DNA from: Jimgerdemannia flammicorona
Lineage: Eukaryota
Assembly (NCBI GenBank): GCA_003990765.1
Contig: RBNJ01000023.1
Span: forward strand, 1 to 51,342
Direction: 5' to 3'
Length of the DNA stretch: 51,342 bases
Of this stretch, positions 23,301-35,709 are shown piece after piece. The notes under the pieces are model-generated. The model did no database searches and was not told the origin of the DNA. It worked only from the letters and a program-made list of their open reading frames with translations. Both the position numbers and the translations under genes were made by a program. Numbering within the stretch: the first letter of the stretch is position 1; each line of letters begins with the position of its first letter.

Positions 23301-25914
23301 TTACTGAAAGGAACCATCATAGGACATCTAGTGCCTTTTCTCAACTAAACTCATAGGGAAGTTTATGAACTAAACTTATCGGGAAACAGCAAAGGGTCCC
23401 AGAAGAAAGGAAAGGCCCCTCTGCGACCCAGGAGATAGTGAAGCCTTCCACCAACATTGGAGAAGAATTGACACCTCAACAACAGCAACAACTAGTAGAA
23501 CTTCTCAACAAATATCAAGATATCTTCACCACTGATTATGGCAATCTGCCATACAACCCATCATATCACCACAGCATAAATACAGGAAGTGCAACACCCA
23601 TCCAGCAAAAACCCTATAGAATACCCCATCACTTGAAAACATTCGAAAAAGAGCACATTCAAGAACTCTTAGACAATGGAGTCATCTGACCCTCCACTAG
23701 CCCCTGGGCCAGCCCTATACTTATTATACCAAAGAAAGGAGAATGGAGACTTTGTGTGGATTACAGGAAACTCAACTCAGTAACTGAAAAGGATGCCTAT
23801 CCTCTGCCCAGAATTGATGACCTCTTGGATCAGTTACAAGATATCAGATACTTCAGCAGTATGGACCTCTTTGTGGGATTCCATGAGATCCCCATGGACC
23901 CCAAGGACATTCAAAAGACAGCCTTCCTTACCCTAGGAAAACTGTTCGAATACCTCCAAATGCCCTTTGGACTCTGCAATGCACCCCCCACCTTTCAGAG
24001 GATGATGAATTCAGTCTATGCTCCTCTGATCCACCACTGCCTGATTGTATATATGGATGATTCCAACATCTATTTAGCAAATTTTGAAGAACACCTGCAC
24101 CACCTAGAGAAATTCTTCAAGCTCACCCGCAAGAATCACTTGAGATTGAATGCAAAGAAATACTACTTTGGGAAACAGAAACTTGAATTCCTGGAATTCA
24201 TGGTTTTAAAAGAAGGAACTCATGCAGACCCAAAGAAAACCGAGAAGATCAACAATTGGCCAGTACTCAAGACTCCAAAAGAAACACTATCATTCCTGAT
24301 ACTAGTATCCTACTACAGAAGATTCATCAAGGATTTTGCCCAAATCGCTGCCCCAATCTGAATCCTTCTCAAGAAAGGAATGCCATTCAAATGGACAGAA
24401 TTACAGGAAAAAGCCTTCAGAGAACTCAAGAACTACATGACTACAGCACTAATCCTTGTACGCCCCAATCTACAGAAGCCATTCATCTTGTATACAGATG
24501 CTTCCAAAGATGGCCTAGGAGCAGTTCTAGTCCAAGAAGGACCTGACCAACAGCACCATGTGATAGCTTATGCAAGCAGAGCTATCAATCAACAGCAGAC
24601 AAACTATGGTAGCACCAAACTGGAATGTCTTGCAGTCATATGGGCAGTCACCCTGTTCAAGCATTACCTCATTGGAAAAAGGTTCACTCTGATCACAGAC
24701 CATGCAGCCCTCAAATGGCTATTCAACCACAAGGAACCCACCAGAATCCTAGCCCACTGGATTCTTATCCTTCAGAATTACAAAATCACCATCATTCACA
24801 AAGCAGGAAAAGCTCACAACAATGTTGATGTACTTTCCTGCCAGCCCCAATGAATCAGAAGAAGGGTGTCCCGAGGAACTACACCCTGAAGGAAGCTCCT
24901 CAGACCATCAAGGCATAAGAAGATCTCATCCGAAAAGAACATCAGAAAGCCCACCAAGGACAGACAAGTATAGAAGACAAGATTTGAGAACAATATCAAC
25001 ATTGGCCCCACCTCAGAGTACAAGTCCAAGACATCATTCAGAAATGTGACACCTGCCAGAAGTACCAAGGAAGAAAGAACTATCGAGCACCACTACAACC
25101 AATCACACCACCAGACAACATCTTTCAGAGATGGGGAGTAGATGTGATTGGACCCCTACCAGTTATACCAAGAAGAAACAAATATATCCTTGTATTTGTG
25201 GAATATCTGACCAAGTGGCCCGAGGCTTTCCCAATGGAAATCACAGATGCCTTAACCATTGTAGGCCTCCTCCATAGACTCACACTCAGATATGGACCTC
25301 CAGAAGAACTCATCTCTGACTGAGGTATGGAATTCATCAATAACATAATCACAAGTTATGCCTGAATTCACAAGATCCACCTCAAAAGGACCACATCATA
25401 CTACCCCCAGACCAATGGTATGACAGAGAGAATGAACCAGACCATCAAGAAAGGACTTGCCTAAGTCAATCCTACTAATTGGGACCTCTGCTTACCTGAG
25501 ATCCTATGGGAAATTCGGAACACCCCTGCTATCTCAACTAAACAAAAACCATTTGAAATGATGTTTGCCAAGAAAACAAGAACTGCTGACTATGAGAACC
25601 TTGGAGATCTTCTCAAGAAGGCAGAACAGTTATATAATCAGGCCTGAGGTCAGATTATCAAAGCCCAAGAAAGACAAAAGAGGTACTATGACCAAAGACA
25701 GAAGGATCAGGAGATCAAGATTAGAGATCAAGTCCTGGTTTGGAGAAGTATGATAGAAACAAACTTTGCTGTCAAACTGGAACTGAAATGGGAAGAACCT
25801 TATCTTGTATACAACATCAGAGGAACTAGCATCTATTTAAGAAGCATAGATGGACAAACCCTGAGGACACTAGTCCACATCAATCGCTTCAAGATATATC
25901 TGCACAAACCATGA
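20367..25914 (+). pseudogene. pol: Gypsy Pol: protease, Cys-rich insert, dUTPase, RT, RNase H, integrase
   Basis: LIDTGA (DTG 21003-21011); DYRKLN, LPRIDDLL, MPFGLCNAP, YMDD (24050-24061); YTDAS..GLGAVL, TDHAAL; H-H-CDTC, WGVDVIGP, ISD*G, QTNGMTER; KWEEPY (GPY/F-like); no chromodomain seen. Confidence 0.93.
22624..23028 (+). CDS. dut: dUTPase domain within Pol, between protease and RT
   Basis: All five motifs: IGYDL, SRSRLA, GTIDPGYTGEIKV, KIAQAVF, RQAKGFGSS. Confidence 0.93.
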
Positions 25915-26416
25915 TCCAGAGGATAGATCAATACCTCCAGACCCTCATCCTCAGCTCCTTCCAAGCCCTACCAGTTCTCTTACCCCAGTTCTGCCAACTT
26001 GAAGGAACCCTGATACAATTGATCCAAAAGCATCAAGAGAACCTTGCCATCGCCCAAAGATTGTTACAGATCCACCATCTACAGGCCTTCTACAACATCG
26101 GACAATTACTTGAAGAACAGCCATATATTAGAGGACCAGCTGGGATAACTGCCAAGAAGCCAGAACTGCCAAATGAATCTACACCCTATACAAATGAAAT
26201 GTTGGAGCCCTAGTGCAATCTCACTTCTACCTTAATGATATTCATCAGATAAATGAGACCACCTTTCAGAGTATTCTCCAACAAGTAGACATCCTGTTTC
26301 CCGAAGAATAAGAAGAAGATCCAGAGCTAGAATGGAGTGACCCTGACACAGACAATAAAGATGATGGGACAGGTATAGATGCAGAAGCAGCTTATGCCTA
26401 TTGGGATGATGACTGA
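25911..26416 (+). pseudogene. Gypsy accessory ORF3 (~168 codons), probably helical with an acidic tail
   Basis: ATG overlaps the pol stop (ccATGA); one frameshift near 26125-26131 then RTSWDNCQEARTAK*IYTLYK*NVGALVQSHFYLNDIHQINETTFQSILQQVD...YWDDD* ending 40 nt before the 3' LTR. Confidence 0.75.
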
Positions 26417-26455
26417 AGAACAGTCTGGGACAGACTATCCTTCAGTAGGGGCTGA

Positions 26456-27781
26456 TGTGATAAACCATGAAACATAGCAATCTCAAAACCTAACCAGGTG
26501 ATGTGAATATTAGCATAACATAGTAACTAGCAACCATTGCTGTGGAAAAATGTATAAATAACCAGATAGCTAAAGAAGGGAATAATGTGAACAGTGGCTG
26601 TCCCCTGAATAGTGGCTGTCCACCAGATAGTGACTGTCCACCCAAATACACCATAGATAGCAAATCTATAGTTAGCCAGATAGCAATCAGATAGTAACCA
26701 CAATATATAAATTACCCCAGAGATAAGAGTGAATAAACCTCAGTCCGAAATTGAATCCAAAAGCAAAAGATAAGTCTGCCTACCACACTTTGAGAGGATC
26801 TCTACAGCCACTTTAGGAGATTGTGAGCATTGGTCCCCTTTTCCCACTCCAGTCTACTTTCTGATATAAAGAACAAGTTTGTTTTTAGTATGCTTGCCAG
26901 ATAAGCCTGAAGAATTCCAGTTTTCTGCCAAGTTCGAGAAAGAACTTTGCCACATTCCCAGAGAGCCCACCTTTCTTACCACAAGCCAGTTTCTGATGCA
27001 ACTTCACAGTGGAGCCAGTCTATGATGTAACTCCATGCAAACGAAGCCAGTCTTTAACATAACTTGCCAAGAATCCTAGTTAATTCCCAGTTGAAACTGC
27101 TGATTCAGAAGAATCTGTACCATCATATTCCCAGAAGAGCCTGATTCAGAAGAACTATACCATCCAAGTAGTATTCCCAGTTGAAGCCGATTCAGAAGAA
27201 TCTGTGACCTCTGAGTTACCCGAGTTCTCGAATTATCTGCCTCCCACATCATCTGAGTTATCTATGCCATCCAAGTTATCTGTTGTTCTCAGTGAGCCCA
27301 AGTTATCAAGTTATCTGCTGCCAGTATAATTCCCAGTGAACTTGCACCCAAATCAAGTTATCTGCCAAATTATCAGAATGTCCTGAACCTGTTGCGCTAC
27401 ACAAGATCGTCACCCAGAAATTGCATACTTTTGGAGATCGTCACACTACACAGAAATCACCCACTGTCCAAGAAGGAGAACTACTAAATTGCTAGACTGT
27501 CATGCATAAGATTGTTGTGCTACACAAATTCCACCATTCCCAGTTAACCCAAGAAGGAAATCTGTTCACAAACACAAATCGCTACTATACTCAAGAACCT
27601 GTCCCAAAAAGGAAACCACTCGCACAGTATCCAGATCTTGACTATTATACCACTAAATACCAAGGACCTCAGGAATCTTAGAACATTTTGTTGCTTTTTG
27701 ACAAAGTAACTGGGGGCTCAAGCCAAACTACATTAATCCACAACCTTGTAATTTGCCTCCATATTGAGCCAGCACATTACA
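26456..27781 (+). repeat. Gypsy 3' LTR
   Basis: Copy of 17541-18866 preceded by a weak purine tract (agtagggg). Confidence 0.95.
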
Positions 27782-28724
27782 CTATATGATCTTTTTGTAC
27801 TCCAATCTGGTGACTTACAAGGAATTGCTGTCTCTTGTACTGATGTCATCATTCTGAGGTCACCATTACAATATATAAGTTGAGAATTAATAAAAATTGT
27901 TAATATTCTTTTTGATTACTTTAGTAATTTAGTATTATTCCTAATAGATATATTTTTTATTATAATTTTTTAATTTTTTAACTTCTAGAGTTAAGTATAA
28001 ATAAATATAATGATAAGCTTTCTTGGAATACTATATATTATTAATGAACTTGATACATATAGTTCAAGAGATCTTTTTATTAGTTCTTTCTTAAATAAGA
28101 AAGTGTAGTTTCTTGTAGCAGAAATAATCAATACTTTCTTACAACTAAAGTCTTAGGACTTTTTAAATTATATAGACTAAATTTCTTATAATTCAGATTT
28201 AGAGGGTTTTAGGGAATTTATATACTAATTTTCAGTGAAATAGAAGTTAGCTAGACTTCTGGAGTTTAGTCAGAAATCTAGAATAACTTAGGTGCCATTA
28301 CTAAGAACTCAGATAAGGTATATTATAAGAACTTGTTGTTTTCTTGACTTAACTAAAACTGATTTATTTCAGAAATACTGCTGGGGGTATTTATACATTG
28401 TTGGCTAACTAATATGTGCAGTTTTTGGCTTAGTAATGTGTGCTGGATTGGCTATTTCATACTAAGCTATTTCATATGTGATTTCGTGTACTGAACATGT
28501 CCAGGACAGGGTCGTTCGTTCGCTATCGTGCACAAGTTGTCGTGAATAATTGTAAGACCGAACAGAAGAAGTAATTTATTAATAATACAAAGGAACGTAT
28601 TTTACGTATTGCGATTGACGACGTAGCACACAAACCACATGATAACGTATTACATGGATAACGAGTTGCGTTCCGCGTGCTGCGGCTCAATGATCAGCGA
28701 GTTCGATGCGTCGTTTTCGTTAAC

Positions 28725-28845
28725 TCGTTCGTTCGTTTCGTTCGTCTCGATCGTCCGTTTCGTTCGTCTCGTTCGTCCGTTTCGTTCGTCTCGTTCGTCC
28801 GTTTCGTTCGTCTCGTTCGTCCGTTTCGTTCGTCTCGTTCGTCTT
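28725..28845. repeat. CpG-rich 22-bp tandem repeat (ttcgttcgtctcgttcgtccgt), about 5 copies
   Basis: Directly visible periodicity built from TTCG-like tetramers. Confidence 0.85.
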
Positions 28846-30299
28846 TTCATCGTTGGTGACATCATCGCAGGATCACGTGATCGCCATTCGAAATGTAATA
28901 CTTGTTGAAAAATATATATCTGCAGAGTGGTGGGAGGGTAGTGGTGGTTAATGGTATGGTGATCTTTAATCATGAAGGGGTGGGGGGGTGGACCCCAGGG
29001 GGATTGGGTAGGGGATGGAGTCACTGTATATTATAGAGATATAAATTGGTTTAGTAATAAATAATAAAGTCTGAGTAACTATAAAATATATATATATATA
29101 TCTGGAATTTATTTACTCCTTATTTTAGGATTATTTATATAAGTTTACTATACTATAAAGTAATCAAAAATATAGTTAAAGCTAGATAATTAGTATTACT
29201 AAGAATATAATTTTATATAGAAATTTAAATATATATATGATCTACTAATTAAATATCTATTTTTTATTAAATCTATTATAATAGATCTTAATAAATATTT
29301 TATTTTATTTAATTTTATTTTTATAAAAATAAAAATAAAAAATAGAATTTAATTTATATTTATATACTTATTAGTTATATTGATAAAATATAGTATAGTT
29401 GATTATATAACTATTATTATATTAAAATTAATATATATAATTATATAATTGTAATGATTTATTATATAGAAATAAGCTATTAGAAGTTCTAATAGAATTT
29501 TCACTAAAATTGCCAATAGAATTTATAATAGAATTTTTACTAAAAATTTCAACTTAGTAATTATATATAAATATATCCAATATACTATATTTGGCCATAG
29601 CTATCTAACTTAGATAGATATTCTTTATATTAAGTATATTAAACCTTAGCTCTGCTTTCTTAAAGAAGAATAAAGAAATATTTTTATTAAAAATTCTCAG
29701 ATTTAACTTATTTATAATTTTAAATCTAATTAACTTAGAATATAAGTATAATATCTCCATCTTGTAATAAGACCCGAAAGCAATACTTAGACTTAGCCTC
29801 AGTATTAGTATTGTAGAATACTTGAAAAGAAAGAAGAAGTAGCATTTGTTTATTAATACTAGCTTACACACTTTTATATATTAATGATATCTTATAGAAT
29901 AACATAGTTAGGCTATACTACTATATATCAAGTTACTATAACTAAGATATTTCAATACTCCTGCTCAATGAGATATATCTCAGAATATACAAATAAAACT
30001 AATTATAACCAACTAAATGCTATCTAAATGACCAAAAAAGATCTGAATTTCTTACTTATAAGTATAAAAATAGATCAAGAATATAGTAGAAGATTGGTAA
30101 TATAGAATCTACTTACAAATGAGAGATATAAGTAATGTTAGAGAGATATATGTAAGATATAGTAGAAGACTTTTAGAAGTTTGTAAAGTTTTATGATCTC
30201 TATCAAAATATTTGAATACTGGTTAAATACTTCAGTATTGAATATTAGTTACTAATATATAGTTCTCATTAGTATAGAATTGCTCATAAGTCTTATTTC

Positions 30300-32630
30300 T
30301 TATATGCATAAGTTAAACTTTACCTTTAGAAGGGCTTTAGTCAATAAATCTGTCATTATATACTTTGTTGGAGTATATTCTAGATATTTAGTACTATTTT
30401 CTATATATTTATTTATAGAATGATACTATATGTTAATATGCTTTATTCTAGTATAATATATAGGGTTCTTTACTATAGTAATTGTAGATTGATTGTCTTG
30501 TTAAAGTAGTATAGATTGTCTTTATTTATATCCTAACTCCTTTAGTATTTCTCAAAGCCATATAGCTTCCTTTATTACTATTATAATACTTGATATTCTG
30601 CTTATATAGAGAATGTTACAACTAAAGATTGCTTATATATTTGCTATGAAATAGCTTATTTTTCACTTATTTTAAAGATATATCTAGTTATAGAGTATAT
30701 ATCATCCAAATTACTAGTCTAATTAGTATTATATATACCAAATAACTATATACATAATACTACTCTTGCTTTGTCTCTTATTATTACTATTTTCTAAGTT
30801 GAGTATAGTACACTATACTTTTAATATATTTGAGTAGACTCATTTGAGACCATAGGTCAATGAATGTATGAATGTTCTTAGTACTGATTATTCTAGTACC
30901 AAATATCTTATCTTTGTTTTAAGCATTACTTATTTTACTCAGATTTCTGTTAGTGGATATATATTTCCCCTTTTGGCTATTAAGGTTATGCATGCTTTAT
31001 TCTTTAGCTTTCTCTTCTCTATATACTACTCTTCAAACTTCTATGTTTACTCATCTTCATATATATTCACACTCACTTTTATTCAACCATCCTTCCTCTC
31101 AGTAATGATAGAAGAGCCAGTTTTCTACTATATGTTTCATCCAAATACATATTTTATATTTTGTGTAGCTTTATAGGTCCTCTTGTATATTCTGGGTTAT
31201 TTGGTTTCATTGGACATTATATCTAAACATTGATGAATTCTCTTGCATGGTCTGATCTGTTTTTTGTTTAGACATTATAGCTAGATATTGACTGAAAATA
31301 TATATGTTTGATTGCCATCCAATAGGTATTATCATAGTAGGATGAGTACTGTATCACTTTGTTGACTATATATAATATATCAGGCCTTGTCTTGAGTATA
31401 AGATATGTATATGAGGAATTCTATAGCTTATCAATGGGAGATATCATTATCTTCAATTATAGTATCAGACTTCTTTAGCCTTATAGATGTCTTTATAGAT
31501 ATTCTTACTGGCTTATATTTATTTATACTGAATTATTTGAGTATAGTCTGAATATATATAGCTTATAATAGATATAAAGTATATTTATATCTATTATGTA
31601 TAATTGATATTCCAAGAAGATAGGATGTATTATTCTTATCCATCATCTTGAATTCCTGATATAGTGTAATCTTTATATTATTAATCTTACTCATCATTCT
31701 AACCAAAATGATATTATTCACTCAAATTCCTAAATATATCATTTCTGAAAATATATGCTAGATATATATAGATCAGCCTCACAATACTTAAATCTAATAT
31801 TCAAAAGATATTTATCAATCTACTTATTCCAGAGACATACTGCTTGCTTAATTCTATATAGACCTTTACATAGTTTATATATATATAAGCTCTTTTTAAT
31901 TATTATCATATAGTTTAAATCTTTGTGGTTAATAGATATATAGCTTTATATAGGCTTAAAATTTGTCTTTATTACTACCTTTATCCAGAATATAAGCCTT
32001 ATTTCTGAATATCTATAGATATAAGATATCTGACTTGGCTCTATTCTATAATTTCTCAGAAGTAAAATTACTATCATTTCTAAATTACTAATTATTATTA
32101 TTCCTGGATTACTGATTACTATTCCTGAATTACTGATTGTCAGATCTGCTGAATCTGCCAGAATCCTTACTTAGAGCTCAAGAAATATATATATTATTAT
32201 TGATAAATATAATAAAATATCTCATCTCTCTATAGAAAGTAGTATGCATCAGGCTGCATATATCTATATAGATTAAATTAAGTATACTGAATATGTGTTT
32301 TGTCTACTTCTCAAATAGATACTGAGATGCTTTATTTGCTATATAATCCTTGTAGAATTATCATCAAAATATATTATTAGTAATCCTCATATAGATCTAT
32401 TCCTGATTATTCTATCCAAGCTCAATTTTCCTATATATTTTAAGTATTGATACTATATATTAAATATAGCAGATATAGTTATTGCATATGTAGAGATCTT
32501 TATACCATTTGACAACTATTGATTATATAAAGATTGTCTCATTTTGACACTATTATGATCTTCTTATCATTCTTTAAACTATATACTATTGCTTCCATCA
32601 GATGTATATATATTTCTTTATTACTATAGA
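30300..32630 (-). mobile_element. Third copia relic (RNase H, RT and pre-integrase fragments; internally deleted)
   Basis: 30310-30830 is the reverse complement of copia RNase H (~6440-6960); 31300-31940 of RT; 32220-32630 matches 60-480. Interrupted by ~460 nt of unrelated sequence at ~30835-31295. Confidence 0.8.
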
Positions 32631-32689
32631 CTATTATTTTGCTAATTAAAAAGATATTCTTTTCTATTTTTAAAGTATATAGTATATAG

Positions 32690-35600
32690 TCTTCAGAGTA
32701 TACTTCTTCTTGGACTTCAGGGTAGTATACTCTTATTCTTCTTACTTCATTTCTTCATTTTCTAGTAGTAGTTCATTTGTTTTAGAAACAAAAGGTGAAG
32801 GAGACTAAGGAGATATTTCTACTTACTCTTCATGTTCTTCATGTTCTTCTTGGATGATTTTTCTACTGGTGTTCCTGGATGGTCTTTCTACAGATCTCTT
32901 TCTTTTCTCTGTTAAGTAGACTGTCTATCTAGTGATGACTTTGACTGGGTATAAGTCTAGATCACTATAGTCTTCACTGTTACTTTCTTCTTCAAAGTCT
33001 TCAACAGGGTGGGCTTCAGTCTTCTTATACTGGGTTTCATTCTTTTGATTTGATAGTTCTGAGTCCCTTTGATCACTTCTTCTGTTGTCATATTCTGTGG
33101 TATAGTGTTCAAATTATCTATAGTAAAAACATCTTGAGCTCTGTCTCAGACAAGATATCTTCTTTCTTCTTACTAATAACTTCTGTTATCTCTAAGTGAA
33201 TAATCTTGGTTTCTTTGTAGTATATACTCTCTGTTATCTTGTGGGTACCTCTAATTTTTGCATATAGTGAGTTTTTCAATCTACCTGATCAATCAGTCTA
33301 ACTTAAAACTGAGGTCTTAGATTTTATTTCTATCTTTCTTTCATTTTTTGGCTGGCTTTCTTTCTTCAGATCTTTCCTGTCCTTGAAGGAGTCCTTATAG
33401 AACTTTGATCAAGATATCCTTCTTGTTATCCTTCTTTTTATAGTAACTCCAGATAGTTCCTTATTTGATATCAAAAAATCCTTAGACTGTATCTACTTAC
33501 TCTTTAGATCTTCTGATACCTAGAGTGTGGACATACTGAGTAATATTTAGAGGAATTTCATTTATAAAAGTCATTGGGTCTATAATGTCTTAGTTGGTAA
33601 TATTGAATCTAGTTATATGCATTCTCTTTTGGATTCTTATAAAGAATGCCCTAGGTAATTTTTAAAGATTCATCTTCATTCCTATAATAGATTCTTGGGC
33701 CTTATGGTGAGTCTCATTTCCTGCATACTTCTTAATGAGCCAGTGGGTTATGGCTTCATACTCTGCTAGCCAGATTGGTGCTATATAGATAGCTGCTCTA
33801 AGGTCTGAATGTACATTATTTCTTACTTAGATGAAAACTCCTTTGGCTGGCTCTCTGAGTTATATCTTATATATAGTAACTTTTCTTTTAAGAGAGAGGT
33901 TCTTCAGAGCTACAATTCTCTCAATTCTATTAAGAAATTCTCTCAGATCTTCTTCTAGATATCCTACAAAGATTGGCAATGAAGTGACTATTTCATCATT
34001 ACTGTCTTCTGATTCTAATTCTGATTCTGGTTCTGGTTCTGGTTCAGATCTGATTCTGATTCAGATTCACCTTCTAAATTATTGCTAGAGTTCAGGACAC
34101 TTGGGTATTTCAAAGATAGTATTATTGATCTTAGTGAGGTACAATAGGTCTGGGTATTCTTGAAGAAGCTACTCTTTATTCTTCTTGTTCTATAATAGCT
34201 GATGGTAGAGGTTCAATAGGCAAATTGGTGAAATATATGCAGAAAATTGGACTTATGCAATGAGGCCTTCAAGTTATTGTATAAGCTCATCAAAGACTCT
34301 GGTAGGACTGCTTATGTAATCTGGTTGATCTGATGGTAAATCTGTTAATACTAACTGAGGATTCTATACTATGCTATCTTTTGGTTGGGATCCTTTTAAT
34401 GCTGGATAGTTGGTAAGTCTTGAAGTAATTACTTCTCTTTCTATCCAAATATTGATAATAACTAATTCTCCTATAGTGGCAGAGATTGGTGTTGTATCAA
34501 ATATATCCAGTTTGACTGTGAGTTTATATGAGCTAAAAAGTCACTTTGATTTTGAAATTTTCCAGTTAAGAGTTCTTGTGTGAATTTTAAAATCTTCTCA
34601 GTTGAGCCTCCTAATATAACATGCCTAGCTCAATTGAGGCAAATTACAAGATTGGAGATTGATGTAATTTGGCTTAAGTCTACAGTTACTTTGTAAAATG
34701 TTTTATAATTTCTGAAGTTCTTAGTATTTAGTGGTATAATAATCAAATCTAGATATAGTGATCAATTCTGGTAATTTCCTTATTGAGATAGGTTCTTGAA
34801 TATAGTAGCTACTTATGAGTATATGGCATGAGTGATTTTCTTATATAATTTTTACATAATAGTCTCTATATAGCACAATGATCTCTATATAGTGCAATAA
34901 TCTCTAAAGTATACAATTTCTATATAATGATCTTGGTATGATAATCTTAGTGATATTCCTTATATAGATTTAGCAGATAACTCAATTTGATATAGATTCT
35001 CCAAATCAGCAGGTCTCTTGAATGATAACTCAGATAACTCAGATAACTCAGATAGTATAGATTCTTGATAAGTTATATCAAAGACTGGCTTTATATTGAA
35101 ATATAGACAGATATTCTGAGAAATAATTCAGATGGTAGACTCTTGGCAAAGTTGCATCAGAGACCAGCTTTATTTACACAAAGTTATATCAAAAGAGACT
35201 GGCTTCACTATAAAGTTATGTTAAGATAGACTGGCTTTATGGTAAGAGGACTTCTCAAATTCCTCAGACTTATCTAACAAGTGAACCAAAATGTGGTAGA
35301 CTTCTCAAAAAGTAGCTTATTCCTAAGTAGTGGATTTCTCTTCAAAGCTTGTATTGGAAAATAGACTGGAGTGGAAAGAGAAGCTATTGTTTTAGATTTA
35401 ATTTCAGACTGAAGTTTATTTACTCTTATCTCTGAGGTATTTTATACAAGTTAGTTTCTATCTCAGTTGCTATCTGGGTAATTATAGAATGTGCAGTATA
35501 GCTAAATATAGTATGTGACATTCTCTATACTCTCAGAGTACAGTACCTTTAAGATATAGTATCTTTGAGATTTGGTTGTCTCAGTCTGGATATCTTGTAC

Positions 35601-35700
35601 TATTTATATAATTTCTATAACAACTAGATAACTATGAGGGTAACTATAATATATAAAGATTACATCTTCTAGTTATACTTATTTTGCTCATTATAGTATA
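32690..35700 (-). mobile_element. Truncated older copy of the gypsy family (5' LTR, PBS, gag, start of pol)
   Basis: Reverse complement colinear with 17541-20750; LTR/PBS junction at ~34596-34615; outer LTR end approximate. Confidence 0.88.
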
Positions 35701-35709
35701 TATACTATA

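Larger units (their letters stand above)
17541..27781 (+). mobile_element. Complete Ty3/gypsy LTR retrotransposon with dUTPase and an extra 3' ORF (inactivated by C-to-T stops)
   Basis: 1326-bp LTRs TG...CA at 17541-18866 and 26456-27781; 4-bp TSD CTAT (17537-17540, 27782-27785); order gag-PR-dUTPase-RT-RH-IN. Confidence 0.97.

Noticed and set aside
25911-26416. ORF3 as a retroviral-type env gene
   Set aside because: Too short, with no signal peptide, transmembrane segment or furin-type site visible.
28639-29024. Arg/Glu-rich or Ser/Val-rich ORFs across the 22-bp repeat
   Set aside because: The 22-bp period cycles through frames and ORFs occur on both strands because the repeat lacks stops.
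29560-30040. Possible tyrosine-recombinase or other TE fragment
   Set aside because: Too AT-eroded to recognise any motif with confidence.
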